50,301 nucleotides of DNA. Origin: Pseudomonadota bacterium. GTDB taxonomy: Bacteria > Pseudomonadota > Alphaproteobacteria > Rhodobacterales > Rhodobacteraceae. The translations under genes and the position numbers were made by a program. The notes under the pieces were generated by a model, which was given only the letters and a program-made list of their open reading frames with translations, was not told where the DNA came from and ran no database searches. This document shows, piece by piece, positions 10,185-21,130 of this stretch; within the stretch, counting starts at the first letter, position 1; each line of letters starts with the position of its first letter. The DNA lies in NCBI GenBank assembly GCA_039026175.1, contig JBCCMW010000001.1, positions 1 to 50,301 on the forward strand. Direction: 5' to 3'.

Positions 10185-10207
10185 CCAATGCTGCGCTGCA
10201 ACATTGG
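10185..10207. promoter_or_regulatory. Near-perfect palindrome, candidate PhaR/AniA-type operator
   Basis: CCAATGCTGC-GCT-GCAACATTGG with a TGC-N3-GCA core, in the AT-richer divergent intergenic region. Confidence 0.4.
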
Positions 10208-10711
10208 AACGTTATCCCATTTTTTACCATTCTGTTCCATAACGAATTCAAAGGGTTCTGATCGTGTCCACGATGCGGTCGCAATTTCACCTTAAAGAAG
10301 GCGGAAGTTCCTTCATCAGTAGCTTAGTAATATTTTTGGCTGTACATCTTGCGTCGCAGCAACAGGTGGGACACACAGATGTCCCGTTCTGGAGCGGCCA
10401 GCGTCTGGGACGTGCGTTCGGAGGGGGCTACCCGATCTAGCAAGTCACACCCTGTGGCTCTCTCCAATTCCAATAGTCTGCGTTCTCCGCGTAGCGATGT
10501 GTGCGGGGTCGTACACGGTTGCCGACAAGTATTCGGCTCCGATCGGAGTTGGGTTGTCTTGTACGGCAGCACGCAGTGGTGCAATGCGTCGGAAACACAT
10601 CCCGACCAGCAAGTATCGCACTGTCGAGGGGGCAGTGGGCTTTGTCGAGTAGGAAACACAACAAGTCGCGTAGGTCGATAGCAGAGCCAACTGGGGCGAT
10701 AGGAGACCTAA

Positions 10712-13700
10712 ATGACAACGATCAATGTGGCTAATCAGTCGCAGCTGTACAGCGCACTGAGTAGTGCATCGCCAGGGGATACGATCGTCCTTGCAAACGG
10801 CAACTATGGCGACATCAAGCTAAGCCAGGACTTTGCAAGCACGGTCACCATCCAGGCAGCGAACGACGGCGGCGCCGTTTTCAACTCGATTACTGCAAAT
10901 GGTGCGTCGAACATCGCGTTCGACGGCATCAGTATGGTCAACAGGCTGATCATCAACGGCAGTGACGGGCTGACGTTCACCGACAGCAGGCTCGCAGGCT
11001 TCACCGAAGCCAAGAGCAGCAGCAACCTGACCTTCACGAACAACGATATCGGCGGCAACTCGTCGAACGGCTTGTTCCTGGAAAAGGTTGTCGGCGTCGA
11101 CGTCTCCAACAACGTCTTCCGCGACATCAGCGCCGATCTGATGCGCGTGATCGGCGACAGCTACAACGGTGTCATCGAGAACAACGAGTTCCGGGATATG
11201 GCCCCGGTCAAGTTCTCGGACGGCACCTACGTTCACGCCGACGCGCTGCAGATGTTTGCCCGCGATGGGCAGACGCCGCACAGCATCGCGATCCGCGGCA
11301 ACCTGTTCTACGACGATCCGAACACCGGCGACCGCGGTAACTTGTGGGGACAGGGCATCTTCCTGTCCGATAATGCCGGCGACGGGTACCGCGATATTCT
11401 GATCGAACAGAATATCATGATGATCGGCACGCCGAACGCGATTTTCGTCAACAGCGGCACCCAGAACGTCGTGATCCGCGACAATACAGTGCTGCCTTGG
11501 CCCAACAACGAGGGTGGCAACATCCGCCTGGTCCGCCAGGACAGCGGCGTGACGGTCGAGGGCAATATCTCGGCCGGCATTCGCCAGGATGTCGGCGCGG
11601 GCAACGCGACCATCGGCGACAACTTCACCTACTCCAAGAACGCCAGCTCGCCGATCTACTATAAGAATCTGTTCAGCGGTGACGGGTTCGAGTGGGAGGA
11701 CTATCTGCCGACGGTCGGATCGCCGGTCGATTTCGGCTCGCCGTACGGTGCGCAGGACCGTCTGAACGAGCTGCTGTCGGGCGAGACCACGCCGACGATC
11801 CGCGACGACTATCCCACGACCTATGTCCCGGGTCCGAACGATCCGCCGCCGGCCGCGGCCACCAACCCCGGCCCGGGACCCTCGCAGCAGCCTGCGACCA
11901 ACATCGACGATCGCAGCGACAAGACCGACGGTCTGAGCGGCGTCGCCTATGCGATGACCGGCGACATCGAGATCTCGGGCGCCGGCGACGTGGTCACGGT
12001 GCTGCACGAACAGGCGTTCGAACTGAACCAGGCGACCATCGCCTTCAGCTTCAACGCCGATACGGTGGCCGGTCAGCGGGGCCTGGTGTCCAAAGACGCC
12101 AGCGGCAACGGCTTCCACTTCACCACCTACATCGAGAACGGCTCGCTGGTGATCCGGGCACAGACCCCGGGCGGCGGCGACAGCATCACGGTCGGCGGGA
12201 TCGCGGCCAATCGCGACTATGATGTCGTCGTGACCATGGGGAATGGCCAGGTCGTAGCCTACGTCGACGGTCAGAATGTCGGCTCGATGGCGCTGAACAC
12301 CAGCCTGCAGGGCAACACCCAGGCGATGCAGCTGGGCGCCAACGGCTGGGCCAGCGCCAACGGCGGGACCGACTTCACCCACGTGTTCGACGGCACCATC
12401 TCGGACGTCGTCATCGCGCAGGGCATCCTGAGCCCGGGTCAGGTGGAGGATCTGCTGGACGGCGCGGCGCCGAGCCAGCCTGCCCCTGCGCCGACGCCCA
12501 CACCGTCGCCGACGCCGACGCCGTCGGGCGATGTGACGCTGTACCTGATCGATGCCGACACCGGCGAGCGGGTGGCCACCATCACCGACGGTGCCAACAT
12601 CGACTATGACCTGCTGAGCGACGGCTCCTTCTCGATCGAGGCGGCGCCAGGCGCAGGTGCCGGCAGCGTCACGATGAGCTGGAACGGCGGCGAGAGCCGG
12701 ACCGAGAGCGTCGTGCCCTTCGCCCTGTTCGGCGATGCCGGGCCCGACAACTTCTTCGGTCAGGATGTCGAGCCGGGTCAGCACACCGTCTCGGTCGAGG
12801 TCTACTCGGGCCAGGGCGGCTCGGGCAGCCTGCTCAGCAGCACAACCGCCAGCTTCACGCTGTCGGAGGCGCCGACGCTGACCGACGTGACGCTGTACCT
12901 GATCGACGCCGAGACGGACGAGCGGGTGGCCACCATCACCGACGGCGCGCAGATCGACTATGAGCTGCTGACGGATGGGGCGTTCTCGATCGAGGCCGCG
13001 CCCGGCACCAACGCCGGCAGTGTGTCGATGACGTGGAGCGGCGGCGATACCCGGATCGAGAACGTCGCGCCCTTTGCGCTGTTCGGCGACTATTCGGCGA
13101 GCGGCGACTATCTGGCCGGCGCAATCCAGCCGGGCGAGCACAGCGTGACGGTCGAGGTGTACTCGGGCGCGGGCGGCAGCGGCGACGTGATCGGCACGGC
13201 GACCGCCACCTTCGTGTTGGAGGAGCCGGCGCCCGAGCCGCCCGCCCCGCCGGCGCCGACCCCCGTGGGCGACGTGACGATCTACCTGATCGATCCCGAC
13301 GCCGACACCCGTGTGGCCGTGATCAACGACGGCGCAACGGTCGAGTACGAGCTGCTGACGCAGGGCAACTTCTCGATCGAAGCGGTGCCGAACCTCTCGG
13401 CCGGCAGCGTCCGCCTCACCTGGAACGACGGCGTCAGCCGGGTCGAGAGCTTCGGCCCCTACGCGCTGTTCGGCGACGACGTGTTTGCCGGCGACTACTT
13501 CGGCCAGTCGATCGACCCGGGTCAGCACACCGTCACGGTCGAGGTGTTCGAGGGCCGCAACGCCACCGGCACCCTGCTGGCCAGCGAACAGGCGTCCTTT
13601 ACGCTGGCCGACACGTCGGATCTGTCGGTCTACTTGGTGGACGCGGCGACCAACGCGCGGGTGGCAGCGATCACCGATGGCGGCACGCTGGACTACGACC

Positions 13701-14578
13701 TGCTGAGCGACGGCACCTTCTCGATCGAGGCGGTACCCGACATGGCGGCCGGTAGCGTGCGGATGAGCTGGAGCGGCGGCGACGAGCGGGTCGAGAACAT
13801 TGCGCCCTACGCCCTGTTCGGCGACTTCGTCTCGAACGGCGATTTCCTGGGCAGGGACATCGGGCCGGGCGAGCATTCGGTGACCATCGAGGTGTTCTCG
13901 GGCAGCGGTGCCACCGGCACCATCCTGGCGAGCACCACGACCACCTTCACGTTGGACGGCGGGGCTAACCTGGCGCCGGCCAACAGCGCGGCCGCACCCG
14001 CAGCCGCGCCGCCATCGGTGGCCGCCGCCTCGGTGCAGATGCCCGCGCCGGTGTTCTCGCTGACCGGCGACATGAGCTTCTCGGGCTCGAGCGGGGACGT
14101 GCAGTCTTTTGCGCCACCGCAAGCGCTGCAGATCGCCGAAGGCACGATCAGCTTCAGCTTCTCGGTCGACAGCACCAGCGGTCAGTACGGCCTGATCAGC
14201 AAAGACGCCGGCTACTACGAGGGCGGGGGCAACCACTTCGCCAGCTACATCGACAACGGCACGCTGGAGCTGCGCTTCCAGGACGGCTCCACCTCGGAGA
14301 CGGTGTCGGTGTCGGGCATCCAGGCCGGCAAAACCTACGAGGTCGTGGCCACCTTCGACGGCGACGAGACGGTGGTGTTCCTCGACGGTCAGCAGGTCGG
14401 CCGCACCGACAGCGACATGGAGTGGACCAACAACGTCGAGTACCTGCAGGTCGGTGCCAACGGCTGGGCCAGCGCGTCGGGCGCCGACGGCTACTCGATG
14501 GTCTTCGCCGGCACGATCTCGGACGTGATGATCTTCGACGAGGCGCTGGCGCCGTCGGACTACGACATCGCCGTCTGA
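10712..14578 (+). CDS. Large extracellular protein: right-handed parallel beta-helix, LamG-like domain, four ~115-aa repeats, second LamG-like domain
   Basis: AGGAG RBS; N-terminus ALSSASPGDTIVLANGNYG with Asn-ladder repeats and HADALQ; Pro/Thr linkers; two domains sharing Q(L/V)GANGWAS...F.GTISDV; four repeats containing P(F/Y)ALFGD. Confidence 0.82.
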   Translation: MTTINVANQSQLYSALSSASPGDTIVLANGNYGDIKLSQDFASTVTIQAANDGGAVFNSITANGASNIAFDGISMVNRLIINGSDGLTFTDSRLAGFTEAKSSSNLTFTNNDIGGNSSNGLFLEKVVGVDVSNNVFRDISADLMRVIGDSYNGVIENNEFRDMAPVKFSDGTYVHADALQMFARDGQTPHSIAIRGNLFYDDPNTGDRGNLWGQGIFLSDNAGDGYRDILIEQNIMMIGTPNAIFVNSGTQNVVIRDNTVLPWPNNEGGNIRLVRQDSGVTVEGNISAGIRQDVGAGNATIGDNFTYSKNASSPIYYKNLFSGDGFEWEDYLPTVGSPVDFGSPYGAQDRLNELLSGETTPTIRDDYPTTYVPGPNDPPPAAATNPGPGPSQQPATNIDDRSDKTDGLSGVAYAMTGDIEISGAGDVVTVLHEQAFELNQATIAFSFNADTVAGQRGLVSKDASGNGFHFTTYIENGSLVIRAQTPGGGDSITVGGIAANRDYDVVVTMGNGQVVAYVDGQNVGSMALNTSLQGNTQAMQLGANGWASANGGTDFTHVFDGTISDVVIAQGILSPGQVEDLLDGAAPSQPAPAPTPTPSPTPTPSGDVTLYLIDADTGERVATITDGANIDYDLLSDGSFSIEAAPGAGAGSVTMSWNGGESRTESVVPFALFGDAGPDNFFGQDVEPGQHTVSVEVYSGQGGSGSLLSSTTASFTLSEAPTLTDVTLYLIDAETDERVATITDGAQIDYELLTDGAFSIEAAPGTNAGSVSMTWSGGDTRIENVAPFALFGDYSASGDYLAGAIQPGEHSVTVEVYSGAGGSGDVIGTATATFVLEEPAPEPPAPPAPTPVGDVTIYLIDPDADTRVAVINDGATVEYELLTQGNFSIEAVPNLSAGSVRLTWNDGVSRVESFGPYALFGDDVFAGDYFGQSIDPGQHTVTVEVFEGRNATGTLLASEQASFTLADTSDLSVYLVDAATNARVAAITDGGTLDYDLLSDGTFSIEAVPDMAAGSVRMSWSGGDERVENIAPYALFGDFVSNGDFLGRDIGPGEHSVTIEVFSGSGATGTILASTTTTFTLDGGANLAPANSAAAPAAAPPSVAAASVQMPAPVFSLTGDMSFSGSSGDVQSFAPPQALQIAEGTISFSFSVDSTSGQYGLISKDAGYYEGGGNHFASYIDNGTLELRFQDGSTSETVSVSGIQAGKTYEVVATFDGDETVVFLDGQQVGRTDSDMEWTNNVEYLQVGANGWASASGADGYSMVFAGTISDVMIFDEALAPSDYDIAV
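12527..13957 (+). repeat. Four tandem intragenic domain repeats of about 350 nt
   Basis: Repeat starts near 12527, 12881, 13268 and 13616, each reading DV/LxxYLxD...RVAxIxDG...FSIEA...GSV...W...P(F/Y)ALFGD...PGxHxV. Confidence 0.85.
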
Positions 14579-14629
14579 TCGGCTGTCCGAAGATCGCTCG
14601 GCCGTCCAGGCCGGGCCTTCCCGAAGCTG

Positions 14630-14666
14630 GCGCCCGCCGTCCCATCCCTGGACGGCGGGCGCTTTT
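14630..14666 (+). terminator. Intrinsic terminator after the large secreted protein gene
   Basis: GCGCCCGCCGTCC-CATCCCT-GGACGGCGGGCGC 13-bp stem followed by TTTT. Confidence 0.75.
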
Positions 14667-14738
14667 CGCTTGCACTCGCCCTGTGCGTGCCACCCTTGTG
14701 CCCGCGAGGTGGGGCGGCAGGCGGCGGCGGTCGACGGT

Positions 14739-15707
14739 ATGGCAGGCGGCAACGGCAGCACGGCGGACGATGGGGCACCCGGCGCCGGCGGCGTGCCGTC
14801 GATCTCGGTCATCATCCCGCATCTGAACCAGCCCGACCTGCTGGCGCGCTGCCTGGCCTGCATCGCGGCACAGGAGCCCGGCGCCTATACCCTGGGCGAG
14901 GTGATCGTGGCCGATAACGGCTCGCGCGCCGAACGCCACGCAGCGACCGTGTGCCGGGACTTTGCCTTTGCCCGCGCCATCGACGCTGCCGCTGTGCCCG
15001 GCCCGGGTCCCGCCCGCAACGCAGCGGTGGCTCAGGCGACCGGCGATCTGCTGGTGTTCACCGACAGCGACTGTCTGCCCCGGCCGGGCTGGCTGGCTGG
15101 CTACGCCCGCGCCTTTGCCGAACATCCGGCGCCTGTCGTGTTCGGCGGCGAGATCACCATCGCCCAGAGCGGGCCGCAGCCGACCTCGGTCGAGGCGTAC
15201 GAAAGCGTGTTCTCGTTCCGCGCCGAGAAGTACATCCGCCGCGACGGCTATGCCGCGACCGCCAACATGGCGACCCGACGCCCGACCATGGCCGCTGTCG
15301 GCCCCTTCGGCGGGATCGACCTGGCTGAGGACCGCGACTGGGGCAACCGAGCCCGCCGCAGCGGACTGCCGCTGCGCTTCGTGCCCCAGGCGGCGGTCGA
15401 GCATCCGGCGCGCGCCAGCGTGGGCGAGCTCACCCGCAAATGGGAGCGGCTGATCGCCCATGACTGGGCCGAGGTCGCGGCCGGCCGGCGTGGGCGCGTC
15501 GCCTGGGTAGCCAAGGCCGTCGCCCTGGCCCTGTCGCCGCTGGGCGAACTGCCGCGGATCCTGCTGTCGCACCGGGTGTCGGGCCCCGCTGCGCGCTGGT
15601 CGGCGTTCCGGGTCCTGGCCCGGTTGCGGCTGTTCCGCGCCGCGCGGATGCTGGGCTCGCTGCGCGAAGGGCGGGCCGACAGCGCCGCCGCCTGGCGCCG
15701 CCCTTAA
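14739..15707 (+). CDS. Glycosyltransferase family 2
   Basis: ISVIIPHLN, VADNGS, GPGPARN, FTDSDC, AEDRDWG; start codon estimated. Confidence 0.88.
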   Translation: MAGGNGSTADDGAPGAGGVPSISVIIPHLNQPDLLARCLACIAAQEPGAYTLGEVIVADNGSRAERHAATVCRDFAFARAIDAAAVPGPGPARNAAVAQATGDLLVFTDSDCLPRPGWLAGYARAFAEHPAPVVFGGEITIAQSGPQPTSVEAYESVFSFRAEKYIRRDGYAATANMATRRPTMAAVGPFGGIDLAEDRDWGNRARRSGLPLRFVPQAAVEHPARASVGELTRKWERLIAHDWAEVAAGRRGRVAWVAKAVALALSPLGELPRILLSHRVSGPAARWSAFRVLARLRLFRAARMLGSLREGRADSAAAWRRP

Positions 15708-15708
15708 T

Positions 15709-15780
15709 CCCGAGCCCCAGCCCCAGCCCGCGCCCCAGCCCCAACCAAGCCGACCCGACCCGGCCGACCCGACCCGGCCG
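15709..15780. repeat. Low-complexity hexamer and 14-mer repeats between convergent genes
   Basis: Run of CCCCAG-like units followed by two copies of GCCGACCCGACCCG. Confidence 0.6.
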
Positions 15781-15781
15781 A

Positions 15782-16894
15782 TCAGGTCACCCGGCGTAGC
15801 GCGTCGGCGCGGCGTGCGGCGACCTTGCCCCAGGTGTAGTCGGCCACCGCGGTGCGGGCCGCAGCCGCCCGCTGTGCACGATAGGCCGGGTCCTCGGCAT
15901 GGCGGCGGAGAGCGGCGACCAGGCTGTCGCACTCGGCCGGGTCGATCAGGTCCACGCACCCCGTCTCGGCCCCCATGCGCCCTGCCCCGGCCGGCGAGGC
16001 GATGATCGGCAGGCCATGCGCTGCGGCCTCGTAGGTCACCAGCGGGTCGCCCTCCTCGAACGAGGGCAGGATGAAGACGTCCGCCGTGCGATAGAGCGCG
16101 GGCACGTCGCGCACGAAACCCAGCGGGCGCACGCTGGGCAGCGCCAGCTCGTCCGCGCAGCGCTGGCCGACCGCCTCCTCCAGATACCCCGCCATCACCA
16201 GCTCGCCATCGATCTTGGCCTCGGCCCAGGCGCGCAGCAGCATGTGGGCGCCCTTGCGCAGGTTGAGCGAACCGATGAATAGGAACCGCAGCGGCCGGTC
16301 GGGATCGGCCAGGGCCGTCTGCACGGGCTCGGCCGTGCCGTAGCTGGCGCCGAGCATCCCACCCGCGCGCAGGGGCGAACCCTCGAGCGCCTCCTCGACG
16401 GCGGGGCTGGGCGCGAAGATCCCGGCGGCGAGGGCAAGCTGCGCCTCCTCCTCGGCCACCCGCGCATCGGTGATGCCATGCGCGGGCGCGAGCCCCTCGG
16501 CCGCGTAGACCGCATCCATCACCGTGCGCGCATGGCTCATCCGCGTGTTGATCCCCTCCAGAAAGATCGGATTACCCCGCGCTGCTACGGCCTCGATCGT
16601 CGCCAGGCTGGTCAGCGGCCACAGGTAAGCGATGTCGCCGGGCCGCAGGGCGCGCAGATACGCCGCCTCGGTCGCGGCGCTCGCCCGCTTGGCGAACGGC
16701 TTGTAGGGCAGCTTCGACAGCGCCCGCGGGATCGTCACCCGGTGCGGCAGGTCGCCCAGCGCGTGGCGGTTGCGGTTGGCGTAGAGCCTCACCTCGGTCC
16801 CCGCCGCCTGCATGCCGCGGAGCAGGCTGACGCACGTGTGGCTGGGCCCGACGCCGTCGACCGCCATCGGGAGCAGGGTCATCACGCGGCTCAT
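15782..16894 (-). CDS. Glycosyltransferase family 4 (GT-B)
   Basis: FLFIGSLNLRKG, ADVFILPSFEEGDPLVTYEAAAHGLPII (Ex7E motif). Confidence 0.9.
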   Translation of the reverse strand: MSRVMTLLPMAVDGVGPSHTCVSLLRGMQAAGTEVRLYANRNRHALGDLPHRVTIPRALSKLPYKPFAKRASAATEAAYLRALRPGDIAYLWPLTSLATIEAVAARGNPIFLEGINTRMSHARTVMDAVYAAEGLAPAHGITDARVAEEEAQLALAAGIFAPSPAVEEALEGSPLRAGGMLGASYGTAEPVQTALADPDRPLRFLFIGSLNLRKGAHMLLRAWAEAKIDGELVMAGYLEEAVGQRCADELALPSVRPLGFVRDVPALYRTADVFILPSFEEGDPLVTYEAAAHGLPIIASPAGAGRMGAETGCVDLIDPAECDSLVAALRRHAEDPAYRAQRAAAARTAVADYTWGKVAARRADALRRVT

Positions 16895-17082
16895 GCAAAG
16901 GCTCCGGGATTCGACTGGTTCCGTGCTGCGTCGGGACGCTAGCACTTGTCGCCCGGTCCCCTCGACCTGTTCCATTCTGGCCGCCGACCTGTGCGCCGAT
17001 GCGTCGATTTTCGTGCTCAGTTGCATCGACGAGTGCACCGCGTCATAAGTTGCGGGGGCTAACCATTGGGGGTGAGTGAGCC

Positions 17083-17946
17083 GTGATTTCCTTGCTTGGC
17101 CGCGCGTTGTGCACGCCTGAAATCCAGCTGTCGCTCACCGGGCGGCTGGCCCGCAGCATCGTCCGCAAGACCCAAGGGTCGGTCGGCTACGGGCTGCGCT
17201 TTCGCGAACGGCTGCAGGCCAGCGAGCGCCCTCACTACCTGTATTGCATGCTGAACGCCGCCGATCTGGCCCGCAAACTGGGGCTCAAGCGCATCGCGGC
17301 GCTGGAGTTCGGCGTGGCCGGCGGTAACGGCATCCGGGTGATGACCCAGCTTGCCGCCGAGATCGAACGCGAGACCGGCGTCGCCATAGAGTGCTATGGC
17401 TTCGACACCGGCCAGGGCATGCCCCCGCCCGAGGAAGCGCGCGACCTGCCCTACTGGTTCAAGGAAGCGCAGTACTGCATGGACGTCGACGCCTTGCGCA
17501 AGGCCGTGCCCGAGGCCAAGCTGATGCTGGGCCCCATCGACAGCACCATCGACGCCTTCTGCAGCGAGCAGACGCCCCCGCCTGTGGGCTGCATGTTCTT
17601 TGACATGGACTACTATTCTTCTACCCGCGATAGCTTCCGGCTATTTGAGCAGTCGAAAAAGTTCCCCGACTGTTTCATGCCCCGTATCTTTACGTATTTC
17701 GACGATGTCCTGGGCAGCGAGGTCGAGATGTACTGTGCGGCCAACGGCCAGCTGGCGGCGATCCACGACTTCAACGCCAGTCACGACGACATGCAGATTC
17801 ACCTGAACCAGAACCTGCTGCCGGTGCGCTACATCACCTATTCGCACAAAATCTATTACGTGCACCTGTTCGGCCACCCTCGGTACAACGAGTACATCGG
17901 CGGCAGCGAGCAGGTGGAGATGGAGCAGCGGCTGAAGATCAGCTGA
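17083..17946 (+). CDS. TylF/MycF-like (macrocin O-methyltransferase-like) protein
   Basis: LEFGVAGG, YGFDTGQGMP, FDMDYYSST and YFDD motifs; GTG start estimated. Confidence 0.6.
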   Translation: MISLLGRALCTPEIQLSLTGRLARSIVRKTQGSVGYGLRFRERLQASERPHYLYCMLNAADLARKLGLKRIAALEFGVAGGNGIRVMTQLAAEIERETGVAIECYGFDTGQGMPPPEEARDLPYWFKEAQYCMDVDALRKAVPEAKLMLGPIDSTIDAFCSEQTPPPVGCMFFDMDYYSSTRDSFRLFEQSKKFPDCFMPRIFTYFDDVLGSEVEMYCAANGQLAAIHDFNASHDDMQIHLNQNLLPVRYITYSHKIYYVHLFGHPRYNEYIGGSEQVEMEQRLKIS

Positions 17947-17965
17947 CCGCACCGCCCGGCGGCGA

Positions 17966-19156
<1,191 letters not shown>

Positions 19157-20548
19157 CTAGCCTGAGAGGAGCGCCGGCAGCCAGAGTGCCAGCGCCGGGA
19201 ACATGAGGATGAGGGCGACGCGGACGATCTCGGCCCCGAAGAAAGGCGCCACGCCGCGGAAGATCGTGCCCATGCTGACCCCGCGCGCGAGCGAGGCGAT
19301 GATAAAGACATTGAGCCCGACCGGCGGCGTGATCAGCCCCAGCTCGACCACGACCAGCGCCAGGATCCCGAACCAGATGCGGAGCTGGTCGCTGTCCATC
19401 CCGAACGCGGCGCTGTCGCCGAACGCGTACTCGCCGCCGTTGAGCTGGACCAGCGCGGGCCAGAAGAACGGCACCACGACCAGGATCATGGCCAGGCTCT
19501 CCATAAAGCAGCCCAGCACGATCAGCGCGATCAGCATCAGGATCAGGATGGTCCAGGGATCGAGCCCCGAGCTCACCGCCCAGTCGGCCAGCGCGGTGGG
19601 CAGGTTGGCGCGGGTGAAGAAGCCCTTCAGCACCTCGGCGCCGAACAGGATGAAGTAGATCATCGCCGAGGTGATGGCGGTCTCGAGCAGCGATGCCTTG
19701 ATGCGCTCCAGCGTCAGCCCGTCGCCGGTGACCAGCTGCAGCCCGATGCCGTAGATCAGCACCAACCCTGCGCCCACCGCCGCGGCGGGCGTGGGCGTAA
19801 ACAGCCCCAGCCCCAGCCCCAGGATGATCGCGCCGAAGATCACCGCCACGGGGATCAGCCGCAGGACCGCGCGGCGCCGCTCGGGCTGCGCCGGCTGCCA
19901 CACCTCGGGCGCCAGGCCCGGGTTCACCCGCACCAGCACCGCGATGGTCAGCGCAAAGCCCGCGACCGCGATCACGCCGGGCACGATGGCGGCCTGGAAC
20001 ATCTCGATGATCGACGCCTCGACGATGATCGCATAGATCACCAGCGCGATGGACGGCGGGATCAGGATGCCCAGCGTGCCACCGGCCGCCAGCGATCCCG
20101 TCGCCAGCCGGTCGTCGTAGCGCAGGCGCTTGAGCTCGGGCAGCGCGACGCGGCCCATGGTCGAGGCCGTGGCGAGCGACGAGCCCGATACCGCGCCGAA
20201 GCCCGCGCAGGCGCCGATGGCCGCAATCGCGACCCCGCCCCGCAGTCGACCCACCAGCGCGTTGACGCCGTTGAACAGGTCGCGGCTGAGGCGCGCGTGA
20301 CTGGCCAACAGACCCATCAGCACGAACAGCGGCACGACCGACAGTTCGTAACTGGCCATCGTCGACCAGGTCAGCGTCTTGAAGCCCCGCAGGTAGGGCT
20401 CGAAGCGCAGGAAGGGCGCCACCAGGCTGATCGCGTAGTTGCCGCCGATGCCGACGGCCAGCATCGCCAGCCCCACCGGCATGCGCAGCATGAGGAGGAC
20501 GAAAAAGACGACCAGCCCTGCGATGCCGACAAGCTCGCGCTCACCCAT
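19157..20548 (-). CDS. TRAP transporter large permease (DctM family)
   Basis: VPLFVLMG, GAVSGSSLAT, AGGTLGILIPPS, ELGLITPPVGLNVF. Confidence 0.93.
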   Translation of the reverse strand: MGERELVGIAGLVVFFVLLMLRMPVGLAMLAVGIGGNYAISLVAPFLRFEPYLRGFKTLTWSTMASYELSVVPLFVLMGLLASHARLSRDLFNGVNALVGRLRGGVAIAAIGACAGFGAVSGSSLATASTMGRVALPELKRLRYDDRLATGSLAAGGTLGILIPPSIALVIYAIIVEASIIEMFQAAIVPGVIAVAGFALTIAVLVRVNPGLAPEVWQPAQPERRRAVLRLIPVAVIFGAIILGLGLGLFTPTPAAAVGAGLVLIYGIGLQLVTGDGLTLERIKASLLETAITSAMIYFILFGAEVLKGFFTRANLPTALADWAVSSGLDPWTILILMLIALIVLGCFMESLAMILVVVPFFWPALVQLNGGEYAFGDSAAFGMDSDQLRIWFGILALVVVELGLITPPVGLNVFIIASLARGVSMGTIFRGVAPFFGAEIVRVALILMFPALALWLPALLSG

Positions 20549-21089
20549 CGCCGCTGCCCTGGGCCTGGGTCCGGCTCTGCTCTCGGCCTTGGGCCCGGCC
20601 CTGGTCTCGCCCGGCGGCCTGCGCCGCCGCAATCGCCGCCCACAGCAGCAGCGACAGGATACCGGGCACATAGAAGGGCCAGACCGGCCAGCCCAGAATG
20701 CGGCTGAGCGCGCCGTCGTCGCGGCTCTCCAACAGGCCCTGCAGCATCATCCCGGCCAGAAACAGCGCGGCGACGGCGGTCAGCACCAGCCACACCCGGT
20801 CGAGCCCGCGCCGCAGCGCTGCCGGCATGGCCGAGGCGAACAGGTCCACCCGCACGTGGCCGGTGTGGACCTGGCAGTAGGGAAAGAAGGCGAGCGCCGC
20901 GCACGAGGTGACCAGCGCCACGAAATCCTCGTAGCCGACGATGCCCGACACCGCCCGGCCCGAGAGCGCGGCCACCCGGTCTGCTGCGAACAGCGCGACG
21001 TTGGTCGTCGTCACCGCGACGATAGCGATCAGCCCGACCCCGCCCAGCAGGGCCCAAAGGGCCGCGATACGTTCCAGCCGGCGGACCAT
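20541..21089 (-). CDS. TRAP transporter small permease (DctQ family)
   Basis: Four hydrophobic segments, GHVRVDLF motif, located between dctP-like and dctM-like genes. Confidence 0.88.
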   Translation of the reverse strand: MVRRLERIAALWALLGGVGLIAIVAVTTTNVALFAADRVAALSGRAVSGIVGYEDFVALVTSCAALAFFPYCQVHTGHVRVDLFASAMPAALRRGLDRVWLVLTAVAALFLAGMMLQGLLESRDDGALSRILGWPVWPFYVPGILSLLLWAAIAAAQAAGRDQGRAQGREQSRTQAQGSGDG

Positions 21090-21130
21090 GCGGCCCTCCC
21101 TGACGCCAAGACGGGATGGGGGCGTGACGG

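Noticed and set aside
10820-14863. 1347-aa minus-strand ORF and many other long antisense or alternate-frame ORFs
   Set aside because: They shadow well-supported genes, are Arg/Ala/Gly/Pro-rich without motifs, and are expected from stop-codon scarcity at high GC.
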